A DNA stretch of 64,000 nucleotides from Planctomycetota bacterium. GTDB lineage: Bacteria > Planctomycetota > UBA1135 > UBA2386. Of this stretch, positions 39,912 to 49,644 are shown in pieces. The notes beneath the pieces are model-generated. The model was not told the origin of the DNA. It did not search any database and saw only the letters and a list, made by a program, of their open reading frames with translations. A program made the position numbers and the translations under genes. The stretch is from contig OZ245838.1 in assembly GCA_965228735.1 (NCBI GenBank), positions 3,680,001-3,744,000 of the forward strand, given 5' to 3'. Positions within the stretch are counted from its first letter, which is position 1. Each line of letters opens with the position of its first letter.

Positions 39912-41624
39912 CTACTTGCCGCTCCGGGCCTCGCCGCCCAGCTCACGGGCCAGGGCACCCTCGTCGTAGATGTGCTCGAGCGCGGCCGTGATCGCGCCCG
40001 TGTGCACGCTGACCGCGCGATTGACCCGCTCGTCGAACCAGTAGTTGCCCGGCAATGACTCGATGTTGCCGTCGAAGATCAGCCCGACGACCTCGGCATC
40101 GCGATTGAGCACCGGACTGCCGGAGTTGCCGCCGATGATGTCGGCCGAGCAGACGAAGTTGTAGCGCGTCGACAGGTCGAGCTTGTCGCGCTTCTCGAGC
40201 CAGTGCGCGGGCAGGTCGAACGGCTCCTTGCCGCCCATGCCGGCGTGCCGGTTGTAGAGCCCATAGAACGTGGTGAACGGCGCGACCGCCGTCGTGCCGG
40301 CCTCGTAGCCGGTCACCGTGCCGAACGCGAGACGCAACGTGAACGTCGCGTCCGGGTAGTTGTCGGTGCCGTAGGCCGCGAAGCGCGCCCGCGCGATAAC
40401 TCCCTTCGACTCGGCCAGGTCCTTCTCCGTCACGCGCTGGACCGCGGGCATCATCTGCCGCGGGTCGGCGGCGCCGCCGCCGAAGCGCTCGCGCAGCCGG
40501 GCCATCGCCGCGCCGATCTCGGCGAACGCCGCCTTCAGCTGCGGCTCATCCGCCTGCGCCAGCAGGTCCGCGTCGCGCTGCCGGATCCGCTCGAGCATCT
40601 CCGCGTCCCGCAGGCCGTCGAGGTGGCCCGTGTAGGCCTTGAGCGAGTTCATCACGCCGAAGTAGCGGTCGCGCAGCTCGAACGCGGCCTCCGGGTTCTG
40701 CGCCATCGCGTCTTCGAGCTGCGTCCGGATGGTCGTGAGGAACGCAACGATCCGCGGCGCGAGCACATCGCGGTGAAACTCCATCTCCGCGTGCGTGAGC
40801 AGCCGCTCGGTGCCGCCCGGGTGACCGGAAACGAACACCAGGTCGTCGACCTCCGCGCCCTTCTCGTTCCACTCGAAGTAGTGCTCGCTGCTGTCGATCG
40901 GCTCCCCGTTCTCGTAGACGCGGAAGAACGCGCAGTCGAGGCAGTAGCGCGGGTAGGTGAAGTTGTCGAGGTCACCGCCGTAGAACGCGACCTGCTTCTC
41001 CGGCGCGAACACGACGCGCACGTCGTCGTAGACCTTATAGACGTAGACGCGGTACTCCTCACCGTCGTAGAGCGGCACGAGGTCGGCGACGATGTTCTTC
41101 TGCTTGTCGGAGAGCCGATCCGTCAGCGCCTCGGCCCGCACGCGCCACTCGTTGCCGGCCTCGGTCTCGTCCGCGGCCCTCCACTTCTTGATGTCCTCCG
41201 TGACGTCCCTGATCTCGACGAGCTGCCGCAGGGTCAGGTCGGTGCCCTGCGGCTCGCTGCCGAACAATCGCGCACTGAAGCCGTCCTCGACCCAGTCCTT
41301 CTCGGGAGTCGAGATCTTCTGCAGCGTGGTGAGCGCGACGTGATGGTTGGTCATCACGAGCCCGTTCGGCGACACGAACGATCCCGACCCGCCGGTGTCG
41401 AACCGCACCGACGCCATGCGCACCTTGCGCAGCCACGCCGGGGTCGGCTCGAAGCCGTACTTCTCCTTCAACTTCGCGAGCGGCAGCCCGTCGAACGGCC
41501 ACATGCCCTCGTCGAGCACGCGGGTCACTGCTGCGGCGGAGGCCGGCCGGGCCGTGGCGAGCGGGACGGTCGCGCCGATCGCGAGTGCGGCGGCGAGGAC
41601 ACTGGTCAGGAGGAATGGCTGCAT
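39912..41624 (-). CDS. S46-family dipeptidyl peptidase (short form)
   Basis: DEGMW, GSGSFVSPNGLVMTNHH, DNFTYPR..LD..FFRVY, SGHPGGT, YPDATFTLR, DIIGGNSGSP, LIFDGN. Confidence 0.93.
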   Translation of the reverse strand: MQPFLLTSVLAAALAIGATVPLATARPASAAAVTRVLDEGMWPFDGLPLAKLKEKYGFEPTPAWLRKVRMASVRFDTGGSGSFVSPNGLVMTNHHVALTTLQKISTPEKDWVEDGFSARLFGSEPQGTDLTLRQLVEIRDVTEDIKKWRAADETEAGNEWRVRAEALTDRLSDKQKNIVADLVPLYDGEEYRVYVYKVYDDVRVVFAPEKQVAFYGGDLDNFTYPRYCLDCAFFRVYENGEPIDSSEHYFEWNEKGAEVDDLVFVSGHPGGTERLLTHAEMEFHRDVLAPRIVAFLTTIRTQLEDAMAQNPEAAFELRDRYFGVMNSLKAYTGHLDGLRDAEMLERIRQRDADLLAQADEPQLKAAFAEIGAAMARLRERFGGGAADPRQMMPAVQRVTEKDLAESKGVIARARFAAYGTDNYPDATFTLRLAFGTVTGYEAGTTAVAPFTTFYGLYNRHAGMGGKEPFDLPAHWLEKRDKLDLSTRYNFVCSADIIGGNSGSPVLNRDAEVVGLIFDGNIESLPGNYWFDERVNRAVSVHTGAITAALEHIYDEGALARELGGEARSGK

Positions 41625-41703
41625 TGGAAGCGTCAACCCGCGGCGAGACGGGCCCGGGATCTTAGCGTGTGGAACCTGTGCCGCCGCGACCTACCATCGC
41701 TCC

Positions 41704-42942
41704 GTGGAATCTCCCCTGTTGCTCCATCCGACCGAAAGCGGCCCGGAGTCGCTCGCCGAGTACCGCGCGCGCGGCGGCTATGACGGTCTGCAGAAGCTGC
41801 GCGAAGCCTCCGACCCCGCCGCGTTCGTCGAGGAGATCGCCCGCTCGGGCCTGCGCGGGCGCGGTGGCGCGGCATTCCCGACGGCGACCAAGTGGCGCCT
41901 CGCGGCTGCGTCCGAGAGCGCCGAGAAGTTCGTCGTGGCAAACGGCGGCGAGCACGAGCCCGGCAGCAACAAGGACCGCCACCTCGTCGAACACCACGCG
42001 CACGCCGTGCTCGAGGGCCTCGCGATCGCGGGGCTCGCGACCGGCGCGACGAAGGGCTGGCTCTACCTCATCGAGGACATGGCCGGGCCGCGCGCGAGCG
42101 CCGAACGCGCGCTCGCCGAGGCCGACGCAGCGGGCCTGTTGCCGTTCCCCGTCGCGATCCACTGCGGCCCGACGACGTACGTCGCGGGCGAGGAGACGGC
42201 GGCGCTCGCCGCGATCGAGGGCGAACCGGCCAAGCCGCGGAAGAAGCCGCCGTTCCCGGGCGACGCCGGGCTGTTCGGCAAACCGACGACGGTGAACAAC
42301 GTCGAGACGTTCGCGCACGTCGCATGGATCGCGCGGAACAGCGCCGACGCGTTCGCCGCGATCGGCACCGCGGAGAGCAAGGGCACGCTGCTCTTCACGC
42401 TGCCGGACACCGTCAACCGGCCCGGCGTCTACGAACTGCCGTTCGGCGCGACCTATCGCCAGCTGATCGACGAGCACGGCGGCGGCATGCGCGACGACCG
42501 CGAGATCCGCGCGATCCTGCCGGCGATGTCGGCCGGCTTCCTGCATCGGGACCACCTCGATGTCGAGATCGCGTACGAGACGCTGCAGCCGCTCGGCACC
42601 TCGCCCGGCTGCGGCGGCGTGCGGATCGTCGACCAGCACACCGACGTCGTCGCGCTGACGATCGAGATCGCCGAGTTCTTCATGCGGGAGCAATGCGGCC
42701 AGTGCCCGCCGTGCCGCATGGAGACCAACCAGTTCGTGCACATCTTGAAGGCCGTGCAGGCCGGCAAGGGCCCCGGCTACGACGACAAGCTGAAGAAGCT
42801 CGCGGCGTTCACCCGCAAGAAGGGCTTCTGCTCGCTCATCGAGATGGCCGCCGCGCCGGTCATCAGCGCCGTCGAGGTCTTCGCCGCCGAGTTCGCGGCA
42901 GCGGCCGGCCCCGGCGCCCCCACAGGCGGGCAGGGCGGCTGA
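41704..42942 (+). CDS. NuoF/HoxF-like NADH-binding FMN/4Fe-4S subunit (stand-alone)
   Basis: SGLRGRGGAAFPT..KW, NGGEHEPGSNKDR, YVAGEETA, PTTVNNVET, CGQCPPCR...FC. GTG start at 41704. Confidence 0.88.
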   Translation: MESPLLLHPTESGPESLAEYRARGGYDGLQKLREASDPAAFVEEIARSGLRGRGGAAFPTATKWRLAAASESAEKFVVANGGEHEPGSNKDRHLVEHHAHAVLEGLAIAGLATGATKGWLYLIEDMAGPRASAERALAEADAAGLLPFPVAIHCGPTTYVAGEETAALAAIEGEPAKPRKKPPFPGDAGLFGKPTTVNNVETFAHVAWIARNSADAFAAIGTAESKGTLLFTLPDTVNRPGVYELPFGATYRQLIDEHGGGMRDDREIRAILPAMSAGFLHRDHLDVEIAYETLQPLGTSPGCGGVRIVDQHTDVVALTIEIAEFFMREQCGQCPPCRMETNQFVHILKAVQAGKGPGYDDKLKKLAAFTRKKGFCSLIEMAAAPVISAVEVFAAEFAAAAGPGAPTGGQGG

Positions 42943-42943
42943 G

Positions 42944-44101
42944 TTGACGCACCGCTACTACGCCGCGTGCACGCTCGGACTGGAGGAGGTCCTCCGGGAC
43001 GAGCTCCACGACCTCGGCGTCACGGACGTCAAGGTCCGGCGCGGCGCGTGCGAGTTCGAGGGCGACCGGGCGCTCGGCTATCGCGCGTGTCTGTGGCTGC
43101 GATCCGCGATCCGCGTGCAGGAGGAGCTGGCGCGCGGACCGGCGCGCAGCCGCGAGGAGCTCTACGCGCTCGTCTGGACCGTCGATTGGTCGCAGAGCAT
43201 CTCGCCCGAGATGACGCTCGCGATCGACGGCGCCGTGCGCAACAGCCAGTGGGCCAACGACACGCGCTTCCCGGTGCTCGTCACCAAGGACGCGATCTGC
43301 GACCAGTTCCGCAAGCACGACGGCGCGCGGCCGAGCGTCGAACGTGACCGGCCGCACCTGCCGGTCAAGCTCGTGCTCATCGACGACCACGCGATCCTCT
43401 ATCGCGAGCTCGGCGGCGAGCCGCTGCACAAGCGCGGCTACCGCAAGATCCAGCACCGCAGCCCGCTCAACGAGGCGACGGCCGCCGGCCTGCTGCTGCT
43501 GAGTGACTGGGATCGCGAGTCACCGGTCGTCGATCCGTGCTGCGGGTCCGCGACGTTCCTCGTCGAGGCCGCGTGGATCGCGGGCGACCGCGCGCCGGGG
43601 CTCGGTCGCAGCTTCGCGTTCGAACACTGGCGCGACGCCGACCTCGACGCGTGGCGTGAGCTGTTCGACGACGCCGAGGCGCGCGCCGAGGCCGGGGTGG
43701 ACCGCATCCCGCGGCTCGCCGGCAACGACCGCCACCAGGGCGCGCTCGGCATCGCGAAGGCAGCGCTCAACGCGGCCGGGCTCACGCAGCGCGTCAAGCT
43801 CGTGCAGGGCAACGCGCGCGACTTCGAACCCGCGTTCACGCCGTCGGTCGTGGTCGCCAACCCGCCGTACGGCGACCGCCTCGGCGACGACCCCGAGCAA
43901 CTCGAAGAGAGCTGGCGCGCGATCGGTGACTTCCTGCACCGCTCTGCGGCCGACCGCGCGTGGGTGCTCTGCGGCAACCCCGACGTGGCGCGGCTGCTGG
44001 GGCTGCGCAGCGACCGCCGCGTGCCGGTGCGCAACGGCCCGATCGAATGCCGCTGGCTGCGCTACGCGCTCGGCGGCAACCCGGAGTCAGGGGTCAGCTG
44101 A
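42944..44101 (+). CDS. THUMP-domain rRNA guanine-N2 methyltransferase (RlmL-like)
   Basis: GLEEVL..EL, KDAICDQFR, LHKRGYR, PLNEATAAG, DPCCGSATF, NPPYGDRL. Confidence 0.9.
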   Translation: MTHRYYAACTLGLEEVLRDELHDLGVTDVKVRRGACEFEGDRALGYRACLWLRSAIRVQEELARGPARSREELYALVWTVDWSQSISPEMTLAIDGAVRNSQWANDTRFPVLVTKDAICDQFRKHDGARPSVERDRPHLPVKLVLIDDHAILYRELGGEPLHKRGYRKIQHRSPLNEATAAGLLLLSDWDRESPVVDPCCGSATFLVEAAWIAGDRAPGLGRSFAFEHWRDADLDAWRELFDDAEARAEAGVDRIPRLAGNDRHQGALGIAKAALNAAGLTQRVKLVQGNARDFEPAFTPSVVVANPPYGDRLGDDPEQLEESWRAIGDFLHRSAADRAWVLCGNPDVARLLGLRSDRRVPVRNGPIECRWLRYALGGNPESGVS

Positions 44102-44942
44102 CGAGCGCGATCGCGCCCGCGGCCGGGAGCGCCAGCAGCACGAGCGCCACGAACGTCCAGCGCTTGGGTCGCTCCTTCGCGAACGACTTCGGCAGCACGA
44201 GCGGCAGGGCTGGCGTGATCGCAGCCAGCGCCGCGACCGTCCATGGCAGGCTGCCGAGCTCGGCACCGGCGATGAGCACGAGCGCGTGCGCGATGCCGAG
44301 CCAGACGCCGTCGGCCGGCGCGAGCTTGAGCGGCTCGTGCCACATCGCGGTCGCGATCCCGGCGACGACGGTCGCGGCACACGCGCCGATCGTCGCAGCC
44401 TGCCAGTAGCAGTCGGTCAGGTCGAGCACCGCGAAGTCGACCGCGAAGGCCGCGACGAACACGAACGCCATGAGCGGTGAATCCGACGCTCGTTCGATGA
44501 GGCTGCGAGACGCGAACACCGCCCCACCGGTGATCAGGACCGCCGCCCCGACGTGCGGCAGGATCCACGCGAAGCCCTCGCCGCGCGCCGCCTGCCAGAG
44601 CACGAACCAGGCCGACGCGCCGCCGAGGAGCAGGCCGACCCATAGCCCGCCGCGCGGCGGCAGCCAGCGCCAGCGTTCGAACGACGTCACGAGCGTCGCG
44701 AAGATCAGGCACCAGAACAGCCACGGGCGGCCGCTCGGGCGCTGCCACAGCTCGTGCGGCAACCGCGGCCAGTCGTGCAGCAGAACGGCCGCGAGCGCGA
44801 GGCCGATCGCCGCGGCAAGCGCGAGCAACCGCCCCCCGCCGACGCTGACGAGCGCGAGGCCCGCAACGAGCGACGGAGCGAACGTCTTGATCCACGACAG
44901 CCAGTCCACGGCGTGGGATCCTGCGCGATCCGGCGACCGCAA
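44094..44942 (-). CDS. Hypothetical multi-pass membrane protein
   Basis: Highly hydrophobic (~9 segments); abuts the upstream gene. True start may be GTG 44909. Confidence 0.65.
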   Translation of the reverse strand: MRSPDRAGSHAVDWLSWIKTFAPSLVAGLALVSVGGGRLLALAAAIGLALAAVLLHDWPRLPHELWQRPSGRPWLFWCLIFATLVTSFERWRWLPPRGGLWVGLLLGGASAWFVLWQAARGEGFAWILPHVGAAVLITGGAVFASRSLIERASDSPLMAFVFVAAFAVDFAVLDLTDCYWQAATIGACAATVVAGIATAMWHEPLKLAPADGVWLGIAHALVLIAGAELGSLPWTVAALAAITPALPLVLPKSFAKERPKRWTFVALVLLALPAAGAIALVS

Positions 44943-45944
44943 TCAACGCGGCAGCAGCAAGACGACGCCATGCGCCGCGACGAGGTCCGCGAAGCGCTGC
45001 GACAGCTGATAGCGCGAGAAGCGCACCTCGATCGCCGCCCGGAGCTTGCTCGCAGTGTTCCGCCGAACCACCACCGCGCCGGTCGACCCCTGCCCCAGCA
45101 GCGCGCGCAGCTCGTCCTCGTCGAACACCTCGGGCCGGCGGCCGGAGTAGTAGAGCACGCGCGGCAGATCCGACGCGACCGTCTCGTCCGGTGCGAGGCG
45201 TTCCCCCACGAACTCGCCGAGATGGCGCTCGACGATGACGGTCTTCGAGCCGGCGACGCCGCCGTTCCACGCGAGCCAGAACATGGCCGCCACTGCCAGC
45301 GTGAGCAGCAGGTCGCGCAGGCGAACATGCAGTCGGGAGAGACCGATCGCCGCGATCACGGCAACCGCGAGCATGCCGAGCGGCAACAGCCCGGGCAGGC
45401 CGCCGCGCATCGCGTCGAGGACCGCGAGCCCGACGAGAACCGCACCGAGCCCGAACCGCCGCCGGCTCAGCGCAAGGAGACCCAGCCCCGCGAGCAGGAG
45501 CTGCACCGGCGTCGCGGCACCGCCCGCCGTCGAAAGAGCCGGCTGCGGCACGCTGGCCATGAGCAGTGCCACGCTCGTGCCCGCACCGGCGCCCCGGGAC
45601 CGTTGCCAGCGCTGCGCGGCGATCGCCGCGGGCACGATCCCGAGCCCCGTCAACACCGCGCCGAGCACCATCGCGCACTCGAACGGTTCGAAGCCGAGCA
45701 GAACGCCCGGCGTGATCAGCGCGCTCCAGAGCGGCCCGGACCAGACGTGCTGCAACGCCGTGAAGTCACCGCCGCCGAGCTCGCGCGCGACCCACAGGTC
45801 GAGCACGGCATCCTCACCGGGCAGCGGCGCCCGCACCGCGAGCAGCCAGCGCCAACACACGGTCGCGGCAACGACCCACAACAGGATCCGCCGGTCGCGA
45901 TCGTCGAAGAGTGGCTGTTGCTCGGCTGGTTCGACGTTCGTCAT
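44943..45944 (-). CDS. Multi-pass membrane protein, weak GT-C glycosyltransferase resemblance
   Basis: EDAVLDLWVARELGGGDF...GPLWSALI recalls first-loop GT-C motifs. ATG 45944 overlaps the upstream stop (ATGA). Confidence 0.55.
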   Translation of the reverse strand: MTNVEPAEQQPLFDDRDRRILLWVVAATVCWRWLLAVRAPLPGEDAVLDLWVARELGGGDFTALQHVWSGPLWSALITPGVLLGFEPFECAMVLGAVLTGLGIVPAAIAAQRWQRSRGAGAGTSVALLMASVPQPALSTAGGAATPVQLLLAGLGLLALSRRRFGLGAVLVGLAVLDAMRGGLPGLLPLGMLAVAVIAAIGLSRLHVRLRDLLLTLAVAAMFWLAWNGGVAGSKTVIVERHLGEFVGERLAPDETVASDLPRVLYYSGRRPEVFDEDELRALLGQGSTGAVVVRRNTASKLRAAIEVRFSRYQLSQRFADLVAAHGVVLLLPR

Positions 45945-48900
45945 GGCAGCTGGCACCATTGGCCCGGGTCCTCGCCGTCGTCGCCGAAACCGCCGAGGCG
46001 GAACACGATGTCACGGTAGTTGCGCACGTCCAGTACGGCCATCGACTGCACGGCGCGCAACGCGCGGATGTCACGGCGCACGGCCGGCCCCTTGGCATAG
46101 ATCCCGAGCAGGCGCGCAGCCGCGACCTCGGTCGGCGACTGTTCGGGCTCGAGCTCGAGCCAGGCCGAGAGCACGGTGCGGATATCGTGCTCGTTCCGCG
46201 CCCACGCTCGCCGCAGGGGTCGCAGCGCGGTGCGCGGCAGGTCGCGGCCGTGCCGCTGCAGCCAGCGCTCGACCGGGCCCACGCGAAACAGGCCGACGAG
46301 GGCGCGCCACGAGTCGCCGAAAAGGCTTCCGGGCACGCCTTCGCGCACGATTTCGGCCAGGTGCTCGATCCGCCAGCGCTCGGCGTGCAGCAGAGTGCGC
46401 ACGTTGTCGCGATCGGCGATCCACGCGCACGTGACGGCGAGTTCGCCGGCGCGTCGATGGGCCGCGCTGTCGACCGCTGGAAACTCGGGCAGCCACGCGA
46501 TCGCGGCATGCAGCTCGCGGACGTCCCGATGGATCTCGTGCGCACGCTCGCGCAGCTCGACGCACTCGCGTTCGTGCAGATGCAGGAACGCGAGATCGCG
46601 CTCGAAGTCGCTGTCCTCGCGGAAGTCGCTGCGCTCGGTCCAGCCGATCGGTGCGCCCGAGTAGGCCGGGTCGAGCCACAACCGGGTGCGCAACGCCTCG
46701 CGCAGCCCCGGCGCCTTCATGCGATGGATCTTGCGCAGCGCGACGGCGAACGGCGCGATACCGGCCTCGCGGTTCTGCATCGCGACGTGCGGGTCGAGCA
46801 CCTCGCGGACGATCTGGTTGATCCGTCGCACGATCCACGTCACGAAGCGCGCGAAGCGCACCAGCATCAAGAGCGGCGCGAGCAGCACGCGCCCGTGTGA
46901 CATCCGCTTGCGGTAGAAGCGCAGCGGATTGAAGCTGCGCTCGTGCTTCGGCAGGTGGTGCACGGGCCGCGTGCCGAAGATCTCGCGGATCATCGTGCGC
47001 CGGTCGTGCTCGAGCACCTCGAGCACCTCGTCCCCGAAGATGTGCGCGATGTGACCGTCGCGCTCCGGATCACCGCCGACGAAGTCGATCGCGCAGAACT
47101 CGGTCGTCGGATAGGCCTCGGTGCGCACCGTCTCGAGCCCCGCGAGCGTGCGACCGGCCTTCGGATCGCGCCGGCGGTCGAGCCACAGCCCCATCGCCTC
47201 CTGCTGCTCGGGCGAGCTATCGCCGAACTCGGCGAGCGGGATGCAGAAGCGGTTGTAGCCCTCGATGCGCTTCGCGGTCTCGACGGCGATGCTCTCGGTG
47301 ATGAAGCTGAACCACAGGTAGGGCCCGGAGAACACCGTGCCGTCGTCGAGGCGCAGCTTGCGCAGCCGCTTCTTGTCGCGCCGCGTCACGCCGAGGAACT
47401 GCTCGCGCAGATTGACGAGCGCCTTGTTCGCGAGCAGCTGCTCAGTCGTCTTGACGTCGGTGATGTGCAGCGGCGCGCCGTCGAGGAAGTGCAGGTACAG
47501 CATGGCGACGCGGTTGACCCCGAAGCGGATGTGGTCGTCGACGTCGTCGTCGACGGGCACGCCGGCGCGCGCCGATCGCACCTGGTGCTGGAGCAACGGC
47601 AGCGCCTGGGCCTGGATCTCGTCGCCGTCGAACACGCGGCGCGCGAGGAACGGCAGGTCGTCGGCCTCGTAGCGCACCTTCGCGAGCTCGAGCTGCGGCA
47701 GGAAGTGGGCTTCGCTGGTGAGGCGGTACGAGTCGGCGGCCTCGCCAGCGAGGCTCTTGAGCCAGCGTCCGAGGGCGAGGCCGATCAAGCAGACGCTGCC
47801 GAGAACGATCAGTGGGGTCGCGACGATTCTCCCGAGGAAGTCGTTGATGTCTTTCAGGGTGCCCTCGGCCTTGCCGAAGATCAGCTGCAGGAGCAGCGCC
47901 AACCCCCCGAACAGCAACAACCGCACCGCCGGCCGTTGCGTCGCCCGGATCAACGCCGTCGCCACCCGATCGAGAATCTGCGGCCCCGTGACGATCCCGT
48001 GCAGATCCGCGTGGAACAGCAGTCGTCCGTGCCAGCGCTCGAGCCAGTCGGCCACGGCGCGCGCGAACGCGACGACCCGTTCTTCGGGCCCGGGCGGCAA
48101 CGGGTGCACCGCGAAGTTGCGCACGATCGGCAGCCACCGCACGGGCACCGCGGACAGGACCCGCAGCACGCGATCGATCGCGCGGATGTCGGACGGCCGC
48201 AGGTAGCGCGGCACGTCCTGCGGCCGCAGCGACCACAGCACCTCGATCGCGCCCTCGATCGGCACGTCGCGCCGGGACGAGCCGATGCGCAGGCTGCCCG
48301 CGCGAACCGGCCCGAGCATGCTCATCCGCCCGCGCAGCGCCTCGGCGCGCGCGACGATCGCGGCGGCCCGCTGCCGCGGGTCGACGAGACCGAGCAGCTC
48401 GCGCTCGCGTTCGAGCGCCTCGAACAGCACCTCACGCCGGCCGTCGAGGTCGGGCGCGCGGTGTTCGTCACTCGCCGCCGGCACGAACACGAATTCGCGA
48501 TCGAGCAATGTCGAGAAACGCTGCACGAGCCCGTCGAGGCCGCGCACGAGGAACAGGAACAGCCGCAGCGACCGCACGAGCGGCCGCAGGACCTGCACGT
48601 AACGCGCGACCCAGCCGATCCGCAGGATGCGCAGCAGTCGCACGACGACGGAGTTGTCCGCGGCCCCCGGGACGTCGACGGCGGGCAGCAGGAACAGCGC
48701 GGACGGGATCGCCGGCAGCAGGTCGACGAGGACGTGACGCACGAAGAACGAGCTGCGGCGCGGATGCAGCACGAGCTCGAACAGGAACGCGAAGACGAAG
48801 AACAGGCACGCGAGCGCGTCGGTCCACTGCAGCGCGTGCGCGACCGGCTCGGACAGCTCGACGGTGAACTCGATCGTCAGGATCGTGAGCACGACGACGA

Positions 48901-49555
48901 GCAGCGCGAAGTTGAGCGAGTGGAACACGACGACGCCGGGTCGCCCGAGCAGCTTCTCCTGCCGCAGCGCGAGCTCGCGGTCGTCGGCCTGATTGCGCAG
49001 GCGGCGGCCGTAGCCGCGCAGCGTCTTGTCGTCGCAGTGCCGGCCGAGCTCGGCCATCACGTCGCTATTGCATCGCAGCGCCATGATCTGCTGCTCGAGC
49101 GGCGTCTCCTCGACGGCCGCCGTCAGCAGCGCGACGCGTTCGGCCGCCTCCTGCACGAGCTCGGGACCGGCCTCGGCGCACGCGACGCGGTCGCGGATCG
49201 CGACGCTGCACTCGGCGGACAGGCTGTCGAGCCCGAGCCGGATCGCCTCCGCGCGGATGTCCGCGAGGTCGAAGAACGCGGCCGGATGCGTGTCGGCTTC
49301 CGCGACGAGCGCGCGCAGCCGCAGCTCGAGCCAGTCGCGCTCCGCCGCCTCGACCGCTTCGCCGACCTGGGACGAATCGCGTTCGTCCTGCCGCCGGATC
49401 CAGCGCAGCTCGGCCGCCACGAGCTCGTGCGCGAGCGCGTCATCACCCGCGACCCGATCGCGTTCGGCCGCGAGCGCGGCGGCGCGCTCGACCGGCGCGC
49501 CGTGGCCGTCCTGGAGCAGCGTGCGCAGGCGCGCGAGGGGGTCGGGGTGATTCAT
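45941..49555 (-). CDS. Large membrane protein with voltage-sensor-like (S1-S4) domain and unknown cytoplasmic regions
   Basis: S2 DALACLFFVFAFLFE, S3 VDLLPAIP, S4 RLLRILRIGWVARYVQVLRPLVRSLR; 1204 aa; no GYG filter seen. Confidence 0.8.
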   Translation of the reverse strand: MNHPDPLARLRTLLQDGHGAPVERAAALAAERDRVAGDDALAHELVAAELRWIRRQDERDSSQVGEAVEAAERDWLELRLRALVAEADTHPAAFFDLADIRAEAIRLGLDSLSAECSVAIRDRVACAEAGPELVQEAAERVALLTAAVEETPLEQQIMALRCNSDVMAELGRHCDDKTLRGYGRRLRNQADDRELALRQEKLLGRPGVVVFHSLNFALLVVVLTILTIEFTVELSEPVAHALQWTDALACLFFVFAFLFELVLHPRRSSFFVRHVLVDLLPAIPSALFLLPAVDVPGAADNSVVVRLLRILRIGWVARYVQVLRPLVRSLRLFLFLVRGLDGLVQRFSTLLDREFVFVPAASDEHRAPDLDGRREVLFEALERERELLGLVDPRQRAAAIVARAEALRGRMSMLGPVRAGSLRIGSSRRDVPIEGAIEVLWSLRPQDVPRYLRPSDIRAIDRVLRVLSAVPVRWLPIVRNFAVHPLPPGPEERVVAFARAVADWLERWHGRLLFHADLHGIVTGPQILDRVATALIRATQRPAVRLLLFGGLALLLQLIFGKAEGTLKDINDFLGRIVATPLIVLGSVCLIGLALGRWLKSLAGEAADSYRLTSEAHFLPQLELAKVRYEADDLPFLARRVFDGDEIQAQALPLLQHQVRSARAGVPVDDDVDDHIRFGVNRVAMLYLHFLDGAPLHITDVKTTEQLLANKALVNLREQFLGVTRRDKKRLRKLRLDDGTVFSGPYLWFSFITESIAVETAKRIEGYNRFCIPLAEFGDSSPEQQEAMGLWLDRRRDPKAGRTLAGLETVRTEAYPTTEFCAIDFVGGDPERDGHIAHIFGDEVLEVLEHDRRTMIREIFGTRPVHHLPKHERSFNPLRFYRKRMSHGRVLLAPLLMLVRFARFVTWIVRRINQIVREVLDPHVAMQNREAGIAPFAVALRKIHRMKAPGLREALRTRLWLDPAYSGAPIGWTERSDFREDSDFERDLAFLHLHERECVELRERAHEIHRDVRELHAAIAWLPEFPAVDSAAHRRAGELAVTCAWIADRDNVRTLLHAERWRIEHLAEIVREGVPGSLFGDSWRALVGLFRVGPVERWLQRHGRDLPRTALRPLRRAWARNEHDIRTVLSAWLELEPEQSPTEVAAARLLGIYAKGPAVRRDIRALRAVQSMAVLDVRNYRDIVFRLGGFGDDGEDPGQWCQLP

Positions 49556-49644
49556 CGGGAGCGCTCGACCAAGGGCTCCGGGGCACGCTGCCCCACCGGA
49601 CGGCGAAGCGCCCGCTGCGCCGGGTCACGGACCGGCGGATTGAA

